Program-made: the position numbers and the translations under genes
NCBI GenBank assembly: GCA_015065005.1
Contig: SVRE01000003.1
Coordinates: 4,164-68,163, forward strand
Reading direction: 5' to 3'
DNA: 64,000 nucleotides
Source: Oscillospiraceae bacterium
Lineage (GTDB): Bacteria; Bacillota; Clostridia; Oscillospirales; CAG-272
In this document: piece by piece, positions 1 through 9,651 of the stretch
Numbering within the stretch: position 1 is the stretch's first letter
Layout of the letters: each line of letters begins with the position of its first letter
The notes under the pieces: generated by a model
The model's input: only the letters and a program-made list of their open reading frames with translations
What the model was told of the DNA's origin: nothing
The model's database searches: none

Positions 1-1
1 A

Positions 2-1051
2 AAGGGTATTAGATTTGCATACCAGACCTGCTTGGCAGCCTTTGCATTTGCAATTCTGTCATTCTTCTTTGGTTCAACCTTTGTTGTTGGTATTGATAAC
101 AAGATGCTTCAGTATATTCTTGGCTGTGGCGGTGGAGTTGTTGGTAGCTGGGCTATCGGCTCATTCTTTATGATGCCTTACCATATTACAGCGCAAATCT
201 CCAGCGTTGAGGAAAAGCTGACACACAAAAATCACTCAGCTATGTACTTTGCGGCAAACGCAGTATGTACATCTATCGTAAGCGCAATTTCAGGCTCATT
301 GATTTATGAGCTTATAAAGAACCTGTTCATCTCAAAGGAAACAGGCAAGATTATCTGGGCAACAAGCGAAACCGTTAGAATTAACGGTGTTGAATTTATC
401 ACTAAGCCAATTGAATCAGCAGCAATTGAGCTTGGAATGATAGATTACGGCAAAATTATGCTGTTGACAGAGGAAGCAAGGGAAGCTTTAATCAAAGAAC
501 TGCCTGTGTACAATTTCGGCTTGATTTTAGTTCCGTTTATAGTTGCGGCTTGTTGCATTCTCGGTCTTTTCCTGGCGTTTAAAATGCCAAGGGATTTCAC
601 TGCGGACCTTGTTGCAAAGGAGCTTAAGACGCTTGACCCAACAGTTGATTTGGAGGAATTTAAAAAGGATGAAAGCTACAATGTTAAGGAAGAAAAGAGC
701 GAAATTATATTCGTTCAAATCGGTCTTTGGGTGCTTTCAGGCGGTATATTTGGCTTTATTTGGTCAGCGTACCTCTTTAAGTCAATAAAGGAGCATATAA
801 AAGGCTTTAAAAACGTTCTTTGGTGGGCATTGTGCGTATTTGTTCCATTTGTATCAGCCTTCTTAATGGCAAAAGTGTATACAGAGCTTAAGGTAATGGG
901 AGAACAAAAGGGCGTTAAAATTACAGGTAACAAGTGGCTATATATTGTCCTTGGAATTCTATTCCCAATTCTTCCTTTAAATGTGGTTTTGCTTGCTCTA
1001 ATGCAAAAGAATATTAATAAGTTATTTGAATCAGAGGAAAAGGTAGCATAA
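2..1051 (+). CDS. MFS/GPH-type membrane transporter, 5'-truncated by the window edge, with an extra C-terminal multi-TM module
   Basis: The frame is open from the window edge, with no stop upstream of nt 32. The translation is rich in TM segments. The stop abuts the next start (TAAATG). The C-terminal about 120 aa resemble small DUF4234-like membrane modules. Confidence 0.55.
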   Translation, partial: KGIRFAYQTCLAAFAFAILSFFFGSTFVVGIDNKMLQYILGCGGGVVGSWAIGSFFMMPYHITAQISSVEEKLTHKNHSAMYFAANAVCTSIVSAISGSLIYELIKNLFISKETGKIIWATSETVRINGVEFITKPIESAAIELGMIDYGKIMLLTEEAREALIKELPVYNFGLILVPFIVAACCILGLFLAFKMPRDFTADLVAKELKTLDPTVDLEEFKKDESYNVKEEKSEIIFVQIGLWVLSGGIFGFIWSAYLFKSIKEHIKGFKNVLWWALCVFVPFVSAFLMAKVYTELKVMGEQKGVKITGNKWLYIVLGILFPILPLNVVLLALMQKNINKLFESEEKVA

Positions 1052-1702
1052 ATGTACTGGTTTACTCATTGGTTTATTAAAATAACAGGCTTCATTCCGT
1101 GGCTTTTCGGTTATCGCGCCAAGATTTATTATGAAGACAAAAGCATACAGGGTAGAAGGATTAAGGGCAAGGCAATAGTTATGCCCAACCACCACTCTGT
1201 AATGGATGTTGCCTTACATATGTTTGTGTTTTGGAGTCGTACTTTGCGATGCCTGGCGGCGGAACTGATGTACAAAAAGAATATTTTTATGACCCTTATG
1301 CTAAAGCTTCTGGGCTATATCAAAGTTGATAGAGACTCTCACGATTTTTCCTTCCTCGGCAAGGCTGAAAAGGTGCTGAACAAAAAAGGAGTAATAGAAA
1401 TTTATCCCGAATCTCGCCTGGCAAGGCCCGGGGAGGAAAAGCCTCTTGAATTTAAGCCAAGCGTTGTGTACCTTGCCCTGTCAACAGGCGCGCCTATAAT
1501 CCCCGTTTACCACACAGGCGCACTTTTTAAAAAGGAGAGGGCGCTTGTAATAATAGGCAAGCCTATTGATGTTAAGGAATGGTATGATGACACTCTTGGC
1601 GAAAGAGAAAATATTGAAATAATCTGTAAGAAATTAAGGGAAAGGGTTATTGAATTAGGTAATGAGCTTGAAAGACAAAGAAAAGAAGAAAAAGCAAGGT
1701 AA
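1052..1702 (+). CDS. PlsC-family lysophospholipid/glycerolipid acyltransferase
   Basis: HX4D motif (NHHSVMD) and an EIYPESR block (FPEGT-like). The size is about 216 aa, and the gene is translationally coupled to its neighbours. Confidence 0.75.
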   Translation: MYWFTHWFIKITGFIPWLFGYRAKIYYEDKSIQGRRIKGKAIVMPNHHSVMDVALHMFVFWSRTLRCLAAELMYKKNIFMTLMLKLLGYIKVDRDSHDFSFLGKAEKVLNKKGVIEIYPESRLARPGEEKPLEFKPSVVYLALSTGAPIIPVYHTGALFKKERALVIIGKPIDVKEWYDDTLGERENIEIICKKLRERVIELGNELERQRKEEKAR

Positions 1703-3842
1703 TTTCCTGTATGACTTTGTTAAGGTAACAGGCGCAATACCTGCAATGCTTTGGCTTCGTCCCAAAATTTTGTATGTGGGTAAAAAGCAAAGGATAAAGG
1801 GCGGCGTTTTAATTGCAGCCAACCACGTTACATTTACTGACCCTGTTGCATTGCTTTGCGCTCTTTGGTACAGACGTCTTCACAGTATAGCAACAAAGGA
1901 CTTGTATTCCTCAAAGCTAAAGAAATTCTTTTTCAACAAAATGCACTGTATAATGGTGGATAAGGAAAACTTTAATATGGGTACATTCCATCAAGTGTGC
2001 GAAAGGCTACAGCAGGACAAGGCGGTTGTTGTTTTTCCCGAGGGCACAGTTAACAAAACAGGAAATGCATTTTTGACCTTTAAGTCAGGTGCGGTTTTAA
2101 TGGCATATAAGGCAAAAAAGCCGATTTTGCCAATATATCTGCATGAGCCGAAGAAATGGTACGAAAGGCGTATCATTGTTGTCGGTGAGCCTATTGAGAT
2201 TAATAAAAGTGGGGCATTGTTGCCATCAATGGATGAAATAAACCAAATAAATCAGCTGTTACAGGAAAAAGAAGAGGAGCTAAAGGCTCACTGTGACAGC
2301 TACGTGGCTAAAAAAGCCAAAAGGAGCAATAAAATGGGCATTTTTGAAAAATATACAGATAAAGAAACATATGCAAAAATAGTTGACTTTGAGTCAGTTA
2401 GCCAAATGTGGGCGCACTCTGTCAGTGAGTACGGCGACAAAACCGCAATTTGCGACAATGGTGAGAGCTACACGTTTTCCGACCTTGAGGAGCAGGTTGC
2501 AAGGATGCGCTCCTACCTTCTTGAAAACGGAGTAAAGAAGGGGGATAATGTAGGCATATATATTCCAAACTGCAAGGACTTTGTAAAGACCTATTTGGCA
2601 GTTACAACAATAGGCGCAGTTGCAGTTCTTTTGCCACCTCAGCTTGATGAAATGACCGTTTTTGGCTGTTCAATGAAATTTGCCTTAAGCGCTATGGTAT
2701 ATTCACAGGCTCTTGAGAGTAAGCTGACCTTCTTAAAGGAAAAAAGACCTGATTTTAAGCTTTTTCCCGATAGTGTTGAAGGTGAAAACAGCGTACCTTG
2801 CCAAAATGTAGCAGGCAGTGATCCTTGTACAGTTTTGTTTACAGGCGGTACAACAGGCAAGAGCAAGGGCGCTCTTCTTTCCAATCGGGCAATTATGCGC
2901 GGTACCAAGAACGGCTGCTACGGTATAAAGAGTATATTTAATGAGCGTTATTTGCTCGTTTTACCCCTTACCCACGTTTTCGGTCTTGTGCGTAATATGC
3001 TCACAAGCCTTTATACAGGCAGTGCCTTGTTTATTTGCCGTAACAATAAGGATATGTTTAAGGATATTGCAGTGTTTAAGCCAACAATTATGGTTCTCGT
3101 TCCCGCCCTTGCTGAAATGGCAATTAACTTGTCAAAGCAATTTGGCAGAAATATGATGGGTCCGGACCTTAAAACTATAATTTGCGGTGCTGCAACCGTT
3201 TCACCGTACCTTGTACAGGAGTATGACAAAATCGGAGTTGAGCTTTTGCCGGGCTACGGTATGACAGAAAGTGCTAACCTTGTAAGCGGCAACCCTGAGG
3301 CACGTAAAAAGCCTGCATCCGTTGGCTTGATTTACGAGGGCATGGAATATAAGGTTGTTGACGGTGAGCTTTGGCTTAAGGGCGTTAATATGATGGAGGG
3401 CTACATTGGTGAGCCGGAGGAAAACGCAAGCTCATATGAGGACGGCTGGTTTAAAACAGGTGACCTTGTTCGTTTTGATGAAGAGGGATTTTTGTACATA
3501 GTTGGCAGGAAGAAGGAGATTATAGTTCTTTCAAACGGTGAAAATATTTTCCCTGCCGAAATCGAAACCAAGTTTAATGAAATTGATGTTGTACAGGACT
3601 CCTTGGTTTATGAAAATGAGGAGCTAAACGGCTTGATTTTGGAGGTTTACCCACGTGGGGTCGTTCTTGCCACCGTTGAGTGCGAGGACAAGGAAAAATA
3701 CCTTCGTGACAGAATTAACGAGGTAAATATGGCGCTTCCATCAATTCAAAGGGTAAACCAGATTATCATAAGAGATAAGGACTTTGTTCGTTCTCCAAGT
3801 ATGAAGATAGTAAGAGGTCAGAATAAAAATGAGCAGAAATGA
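1662..3842 (+). CDS. Fusion of a PlsC-type acyltransferase with an AMP-dependent acyl-CoA/acyl-ACP synthetase (Aas-like)
   Basis: The N-terminal part has HX4D (NHVTFTD) and VFPEGT. The C-terminal part has the adenylation motifs TGGTTGKSKGA, GYGMTES, TGDLV and GRKKEIIV. The start is uncertain because it overlaps the upstream gene by 41 nt. Confidence 0.8.
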   Translation: MSLKDKEKKKKQGNFLYDFVKVTGAIPAMLWLRPKILYVGKKQRIKGGVLIAANHVTFTDPVALLCALWYRRLHSIATKDLYSSKLKKFFFNKMHCIMVDKENFNMGTFHQVCERLQQDKAVVVFPEGTVNKTGNAFLTFKSGAVLMAYKAKKPILPIYLHEPKKWYERRIIVVGEPIEINKSGALLPSMDEINQINQLLQEKEEELKAHCDSYVAKKAKRSNKMGIFEKYTDKETYAKIVDFESVSQMWAHSVSEYGDKTAICDNGESYTFSDLEEQVARMRSYLLENGVKKGDNVGIYIPNCKDFVKTYLAVTTIGAVAVLLPPQLDEMTVFGCSMKFALSAMVYSQALESKLTFLKEKRPDFKLFPDSVEGENSVPCQNVAGSDPCTVLFTGGTTGKSKGALLSNRAIMRGTKNGCYGIKSIFNERYLLVLPLTHVFGLVRNMLTSLYTGSALFICRNNKDMFKDIAVFKPTIMVLVPALAEMAINLSKQFGRNMMGPDLKTIICGAATVSPYLVQEYDKIGVELLPGYGMTESANLVSGNPEARKKPASVGLIYEGMEYKVVDGELWLKGVNMMEGYIGEPEENASSYEDGWFKTGDLVRFDEEGFLYIVGRKKEIIVLSNGENIFPAEIETKFNEIDVVQDSLVYENEELNGLILEVYPRGVVLATVECEDKEKYLRDRINEVNMALPSIQRVNQIIIRDKDFVRSPSMKIVRGQNKNEQK

Positions 3843-4080
3843 GATAGCAGAAAAACTAAAGGATATAATGGCGCTTGCCCTGGGAAACAAGGTTGACCTT
3901 GGTAAATGTACTGAGGAGTCCAATTTGACTACTGATTTAGGGCTTAATTCCGTTGGAATATTATACGTGGTTATTGCCATTGAGGAGTTTTTTGGAATAA
4001 GCTTTGGTGATGTCAGCTTCGGTGATTTCCAATGTGTTGGTGACGTAATCAATTATATCGAGGAGCAGATTAAACAATGA
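3829..4080 (+). CDS. Acyl carrier protein
   Basis: 83 aa acidic protein with a DLGLNSV phosphopantetheine-attachment-like motif. Both ends overlap the neighbouring genes. Confidence 0.7.
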   Translation: MSRNEIAEKLKDIMALALGNKVDLGKCTEESNLTTDLGLNSVGILYVVIAIEEFFGISFGDVSFGDFQCVGDVINYIEEQIKQ

Positions 4081-5081
4081 AATGGGAGCTGAATGAGCCC
4101 AAAAAAGGGGATATGATTCGCGTTCGCGCAGGCAGTATATATCACTACGGTGTATATGTCAGCGATAGCGAGGTTATTCAGTTTGGCTTAGCCCCAAATG
4201 CGCGCTTAAATGTTAAGGACTGTGATATAGAGGTTTTGTCAACCGACATAGATACCTTTTTAAACGGTGAGTTTTTAGAGGTGGCAGTTTTGGACAGGAA
4301 AGAAACTAAAATGCGTATTCCGCCCGAAAAAACGGTGGAAGCAGCGAGGGCGCGCATAGGCGAAAAGGGCTATAACATTTTACGCAATAACTGTGAGCAT
4401 TTTGCAAACGAGTGCGTAATGGGTCTAAAGAAAAGCTCTCAAGCGGATGACGTGCGTGAATTTTTCCGCAACCTTCCCATAGTTGACGTTTATCTTGGCG
4501 TAATTCCCGAAAAGGTAAAAATTTCCTCCGTTTACCCAAAGGAGAGGGCAAAGGAAATTAAGGCTTGCTCAAATGATAGGGTAAAAAGAGAGAAGTATTG
4601 TGCATGGAAGCTTTTGGAATATGCCCTTAACCGTACCTTTGGCGCTAAAATTAAGGAGCTTGAATTTATAAAGGGCGAAAACGGTAGGTGGTCAACCCCC
4701 ACACATCATTTTTCAATTTCCCACACAGACGGTATGGTGGCTGTTTCCGTTTCCCGTGCCATGGTTGGCGTTGATATTGAAAAGGAAAGCGATAAGCTTT
4801 TGTCCGTGGTCCCAAGGCTGCTTACACAGGATGAGCTTTTGGAATATGAAAAATTAGAGCAAGAAAGTAAGCTTTCCTACTTAGGCACTAAATGGACACA
4901 AAAGGAAAGCATATTCAAATCTTTAGATGAGAAAGGATTCATTCCACATAAAATTGAGGTAAAGGAATACGAAACCTACACGCGGGAAATAGAAACAGAG
5001 GGAAATAAATACTATTTGTCCGTTGCTACCCAAACCCCCGAAAGAGTGCGCCTTTATACTAATGTGGAATATTTAAAGTGA
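4077..5081 (+). CDS. Fusion of an LRAT/NlpC-P60-like domain with an Sfp-type 4'-phosphopantetheinyl transferase
   Basis: The N-terminal part has YHYGVYV and the NCEHFANEC motif of the LRAT/HRASLS family. The C-terminal part has ISHTDGMVAV, VGVDIE and WTQKESIFKS (PPTase motifs). Confidence 0.7.
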   Translation: MKWELNEPKKGDMIRVRAGSIYHYGVYVSDSEVIQFGLAPNARLNVKDCDIEVLSTDIDTFLNGEFLEVAVLDRKETKMRIPPEKTVEAARARIGEKGYNILRNNCEHFANECVMGLKKSSQADDVREFFRNLPIVDVYLGVIPEKVKISSVYPKERAKEIKACSNDRVKREKYCAWKLLEYALNRTFGAKIKELEFIKGENGRWSTPTHHFSISHTDGMVAVSVSRAMVGVDIEKESDKLLSVVPRLLTQDELLEYEKLEQESKLSYLGTKWTQKESIFKSLDEKGFIPHKIEVKEYETYTREIETEGNKYYLSVATQTPERVRLYTNVEYLK

Positions 5082-5088
5082 GAGAATT

Positions 5089-5799
5089 ATGAAAATAGGA
5101 CTGTTTTCCGACCCGCACTACTGTCAGTGCGATAATATAGGCGGTAATCGCCATCCCATGCTCTCTTATGATAAAATTAAGACATCAATGGAGGAGTTTA
5201 ATAAGAGTGGGGTTGACCTATGCATATGTATGGGAGATTTAACCGACCATGCCAAGGGGGACACAAGGGCGGATGCAAAAAGCAATCTGAAAAAAATAAT
5301 GGCGCTTATTAATTCTTATAAAATTCCCTTTTATCTTGTAGTCGGCAATCACGACTATTTAATGCTAAACTCAGATGACTTAAAAGAGGAAAATATCGAC
5401 ACTCCCCCGTACAAAATTGAAACTGAGGAGTATAATTTTATCGCCTTAGACGGTAACTACCGTTCTGATATGGAGCGCTTTGATAAGGCGGGTGTTGTCT
5501 GGGATGACTCAAACCTGCCACCCTTTCAGCTTGATTATTTAAGAAAAAGCCTTGCAAGCTCACAAAAGCCCTGTATCGTACTTGTTCACGAGAATTTAGA
5601 CCCTACAGTGCAGGAGCAGCATATAATAAAAAATGCAACAGAGGTGCGTAAAATAATCAAGGAAAGCGGAAAGGTAAAAATGGTAATCCAAGGCCATTTC
5701 CACGAGGGTAGCTATCAAATAATAGACGGCATACCCTACCTGACCCTTAAAGCTATGTGCCAGGGTGAGGAAAACCCGTATGTTATTTTAGAAATATAA
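5089..5799 (+). CDS. Calcineurin-like metallophosphoesterase
   Basis: Motifs DPH, GDLTDH, GNHD and GHFH. It is the last gene of the plus-strand operon. Confidence 0.75.
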   Translation: MKIGLFSDPHYCQCDNIGGNRHPMLSYDKIKTSMEEFNKSGVDLCICMGDLTDHAKGDTRADAKSNLKKIMALINSYKIPFYLVVGNHDYLMLNSDDLKEENIDTPPYKIETEEYNFIALDGNYRSDMERFDKAGVVWDDSNLPPFQLDYLRKSLASSQKPCIVLVHENLDPTVQEQHIIKNATEVRKIIKESGKVKMVIQGHFHEGSYQIIDGIPYLTLKAMCQGEENPYVILEI

Positions 5800-5801
5800 A
5801 A

Positions 5802-5826
5802 AGAGCCGATTAATCGGCTCTTTTTA
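5802..5826. terminator. Bidirectional intrinsic terminator
   Basis: AGAGCCGAT-TA-ATCGGCTCT stem flanked by an A-run and a T-run, placed between convergent genes. Confidence 0.7.
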
Positions 5827-7696
5827 ATTGCTCCTTATTGTATTGAAGCATATAAAGGCTATGATATTTACCCTTCTTTTCAAGCAGCTCAAAATGGGAG
5901 CCCTGCTCGATAATTTCACCGTGTGAAAGCACAATAATGTTGTCCGCGTGCTGAATAGTGGATAGCCTGTGGGCAACCATTAGCATAGTGCCGATTGACA
6001 TTATCTTTTCAAGAGAATTTTGTATTAAAATCTCTGTTTCCGTGTCAATGTTTGATGTTGCCTCATCAAGTATCATAACAGAGGGCTTGTGAATTATGGT
6101 TCTTGCAAAGGACAAAAGTTGTCTCTGTCCTGAGGAGAAGTTGTTACCGCGCTCTCTTACCTCAGTGTCAAGCCCACTTGGTAAACGGTTAATGAAATGG
6201 TTAGCATTTACATACTCGCATACCCGATTTATTTCCTCATCAGTGTACTCGTTGTGCAAGGCAATATTACTCCTGATGGTTCCTGCAAAAAGGAACACAT
6301 CCTGTAGCATCTGCCCAAAATGGCGTCTTAATGAGGAAATCTTAATCTTCTTTATATCAATTCCGTCAATTAAAATCTGTCCCTTTTGTATGTCATAGTT
6401 CCTGCAAATCAAGGAAAGTATGGTTGTCTTGCCTGAGCCTGTTGACCCAACAAAGGCAACGGTTTCCTTTGCCTTAACCTTAAAGGAAACACCCTTTAAA
6501 ACCCATTCATCGGGGACATAGCTGAACCAAACATCACGGAATTCAATTTCCCCTTCAACCTTTTCAAGCTCTATTGCATCAGGCTCGTCAACAACTGTTG
6601 GCTCAATGTCAAAAATAGTAAATATTTTCTCAGCAGATGCAAATGCGTGCTGTAGCATATTAAACTGCTCAGCAAGGGCCTGTATAGGGTTAAAGAATTT
6701 GTTCAGATACATATAAAATGTAACAATAGTGCCGGCGCTGATGCCCTGCCCCAAAAAGCTGATGTTGTCAATATATCCGCGTCCGCCTAAGTAGAACAGG
6801 CACATAACGGAAGCAACGTAGAGCATATACACAAGCGGTCTGAATATACCAAAGGTAAACATTTGCTCACGCTTGCATTTTCCCAAATGGTTATTTTTTT
6901 GGTCAAATTCTTCCTTTTTTCTGTCCTCACGGTTGAAAATCTGGATTATTTTCATTCCCGACAAATTTTCGGAAAGGTAAGTGTTTATGGCAGTTGTTGC
7001 ATTGTTTACCTGCCTGTATGCCTTACGGGAGAATTTTCTGAAAATAATGGTGAACAGAATGACAAACGGCACAAAGCAAAGCACCATAAGCGTCAGCATA
7101 TAGTTAAGGCACAGCATAGCACCCAAAACGCCGAAAACAATAAAGATATTCTTAACCAAGTTTACAAGAATACCCGTAAACATATGGGATATGGAGTTTG
7201 TGTCGTTAACCACACGTGTAACCAGCTTGCCAACAGGGTTTTTGTGTAGCTGGTCGTGGGATAAGGACTCAATATGCTCAAACAAATCCTCGCGGATTTT
7301 AGAAACAATCCTTTGTCCTGTTTTTTGAAGCACAATAGCCTGTACATAGGATGAAATCAAGGAAACTATGAGAATACCGGCATAAATTATAACCGTTGTA
7401 TAAAGCTCGGAAAGCTCAAAATCTCCCTTAATCATCTCGGTTATATTACCGATAATAATAGGTGAAATAATGTCATAGGCAATGGAGAAAATAATAACAA
7501 AAAGCACTAAAATAAAGCTCTTTGCGTGTGGCTTAGCATAAGCAAGCAACCGCTTAATTATTTCTCCGTCCTTCATATTGCGGTCAAAGCCAATGGCGGT
7601 TTTTTTGTCCTTCATCAAGCAAAAGGCGACAACAAAAATAACAGAAATAGCGCCGATAATAGCGCCGATTATTAAAAGAGGATATAATTCGTACAT
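5810..7696 (-). CDS. ABC exporter, fused permease/ATPase (heterodimer partner 2)
   Basis: Six-TM N-terminal half, Walker A GSTGSGKT, signature SSGQRQ, Walker B ILDEATS. Confidence 0.85.
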   Translation of the reverse strand: MYELYPLLIIGAIIGAISVIFVVAFCLMKDKKTAIGFDRNMKDGEIIKRLLAYAKPHAKSFILVLFVIIFSIAYDIISPIIIGNITEMIKGDFELSELYTTVIIYAGILIVSLISSYVQAIVLQKTGQRIVSKIREDLFEHIESLSHDQLHKNPVGKLVTRVVNDTNSISHMFTGILVNLVKNIFIVFGVLGAMLCLNYMLTLMVLCFVPFVILFTIIFRKFSRKAYRQVNNATTAINTYLSENLSGMKIIQIFNREDRKKEEFDQKNNHLGKCKREQMFTFGIFRPLVYMLYVASVMCLFYLGGRGYIDNISFLGQGISAGTIVTFYMYLNKFFNPIQALAEQFNMLQHAFASAEKIFTIFDIEPTVVDEPDAIELEKVEGEIEFRDVWFSYVPDEWVLKGVSFKVKAKETVAFVGSTGSGKTTILSLICRNYDIQKGQILIDGIDIKKIKISSLRRHFGQMLQDVFLFAGTIRSNIALHNEYTDEEINRVCEYVNANHFINRLPSGLDTEVRERGNNFSSGQRQLLSFARTIIHKPSVMILDEATSNIDTETEILIQNSLEKIMSIGTMLMVAHRLSTIQHADNIIVLSHGEIIEQGSHFELLEKKGKYHSLYMLQYNKEQLKRAD

Positions 7697-9468
7697 TACA
7701 TAGCCTCCTTTTCTTCATCAAGGCGCTGCAGCTCCACCATATTGCGGTAGTCCTTGCAATTTTCATAAAGCTCATCGTGTGTGCCTGTTGCCACAATCTC
7801 ACCGTCATCAATGTAAACAATCTTGTCCATTTTCTCAATGGTAGAAACACGGTGTGCAATTAAAATTGTGGTTTTGTCTTTTCGTACAGTCTTTAAATTT
7901 TCAATGATAATTTTCTCTGTTTTGGTGTCAACCGCCGACACAGAGTCGTCTAAAATCAAAACAGGTGCGTTTTTCATAAGGGCACGTGCAATGGAAATTC
8001 TTTGCTTTTGTCCCCCCGAAACCGTAACTCCTCGCTCGCCCAGAACCGTTTGATAGCCCTGTGAAAAGCCCTCAATGCTTTTGTGTATGTCCGCCAATCT
8101 GGCAGCCTTCTGTACATCAAGCTCACTTTCATTGGTAGCAAAGGCAATGTTATTTTCAATTGTGTCGCTGAACAAAAAGTTGTCCTGTGGCACATAAGCG
8201 CAAAACTCACGCAAATTCTTAATAGGTACTTGATTTACATCCACACCGTCAACAAAAAGCGTGCCGTTTTCCACATTATAGGTGCGTAAAATCAAATCAA
8301 CAAGGGTTGTTTTGCCGGCACCCGTCTTGCCTATAATGCCAACATTTTCCCCTGCATTGATTTTCAAGCAAATATCCTTTAATGCATCAAATGAAGCATC
8401 AGGATACCTGAAGGTCAGATTTTTAAATTCTATCTCTCCGCGAACAGCTTTGATCTCTTGCACATCCTCTTTGTCGCAAACGTCAATTTTTGCATCAAGA
8501 AGCTCACTTATACGGTTAAGGGAAGCCTTACCCCTCGATTGCATTTCAATAAGCTGGGAAATAGCCATAATCGGCCATACAATAGTATTAAAATAACCGA
8601 TAAACTCAACAAACTCACCGGCATTAAAGCGTCCGTTGTAAACAAGGTATCCGCCGTAGCCAATAATTACACAAATAACCGACTCAACAAAAAGAGTAAC
8701 AAAAATATGCAAAAGGGTAGATGCCTTTGTGTGGTCAACGTTGGCATCCTCGTTTTTCTTGCTTAGCTTTTTAAATGCCCAAAGCTCACGCGCTTCTTTA
8801 ACAAATGCCTTGATTACCGCAATGCCCGAAAAGCTTTCCTGTGCGTAATCGGAAAGGGCGGAAAAAGCCTCCTGTCTTAACGTCCATTTCTTCATCATAT
8901 ACTTACGCACAATAGTTGCAACAACAATAAGCATTGCCATAGGTATCAGGGATAAAAGAGTTAAAACATAGTCCATTTTAAACATCTTGTAAAGTGCAAG
9001 ACATCCAAGGAGCAAGGCGTCAAAAAAGGATAAAACGCCCGAGCCAAAGCATTCCTCAACCGTACGCAAATCATTGGTAAATAAGGACATCAAATTACCA
9101 ACCTTGTTTACCTGGTAGTAGCTTTGGGATAAGTCCTTACAATGGTCGAACATACGGCCTCTTAAATCCGTTTCCACCTTAATCGCCGAGCCAAAGAAGC
9201 AAATTCTCCAAGCAAATCTGCCAACAACAAGCGCCACAATAACAAAAATCATGGGCAAGCACACCTTGTCAAGCAGAAATTCAATGTTGAATTCGTGTGT
9301 AACACCGTCAACAACCACATACCCATCATTAATACCGTTAATGACAGACCTGTAAATTTCGGGAATTAAGAGCTGAAAATAGTCAACAACAATAAGCGCC
9401 ACTAAGCCTAAAATAAGCATAGGCGCATACCGTAAATAATATTTGTTAATATGCTTTCCAAATAACAT
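7696..9468 (-). CDS. ABC exporter, fused permease/ATPase (heterodimer partner 1)
   Basis: Walker A GKTGAGKT, signature SGGQKQR, Walker B ILDDSVS. There is a 1-nt overlap with the downstream partner. Confidence 0.85.
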   Translation of the reverse strand: MLFGKHINKYYLRYAPMLILGLVALIVVDYFQLLIPEIYRSVINGINDGYVVVDGVTHEFNIEFLLDKVCLPMIFVIVALVVGRFAWRICFFGSAIKVETDLRGRMFDHCKDLSQSYYQVNKVGNLMSLFTNDLRTVEECFGSGVLSFFDALLLGCLALYKMFKMDYVLTLLSLIPMAMLIVVATIVRKYMMKKWTLRQEAFSALSDYAQESFSGIAVIKAFVKEARELWAFKKLSKKNEDANVDHTKASTLLHIFVTLFVESVICVIIGYGGYLVYNGRFNAGEFVEFIGYFNTIVWPIMAISQLIEMQSRGKASLNRISELLDAKIDVCDKEDVQEIKAVRGEIEFKNLTFRYPDASFDALKDICLKINAGENVGIIGKTGAGKTTLVDLILRTYNVENGTLFVDGVDVNQVPIKNLREFCAYVPQDNFLFSDTIENNIAFATNESELDVQKAARLADIHKSIEGFSQGYQTVLGERGVTVSGGQKQRISIARALMKNAPVLILDDSVSAVDTKTEKIIIENLKTVRKDKTTILIAHRVSTIEKMDKIVYIDDGEIVATGTHDELYENCKDYRNMVELQRLDEEKEAM

Positions 9469-9600
9469 ATTTTCACTCCCTTCATTATAATACGTATAAA
9501 TAATAGCACAACAGGTACTTAAAAATCAACAATTTAAGACAAGAAAAATGTTAAAAATTTGTTTTTTGCAATTGTCTAAAATGTCCTTATCGTTATCAAT

Positions 9601-9646
9601 CAAAAAACAAGGCTGATATGGTGAACCAAAGCTCGCCTTATCAGCC
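9601..9646 (-). terminator. Intrinsic terminator after the acetyltransferase gene
   Basis: GGCTGATA / TATCAGCC stem followed on the minus strand by UUGUUUUUUG. Confidence 0.55.
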
Positions 9647-9651
9647 GCATT

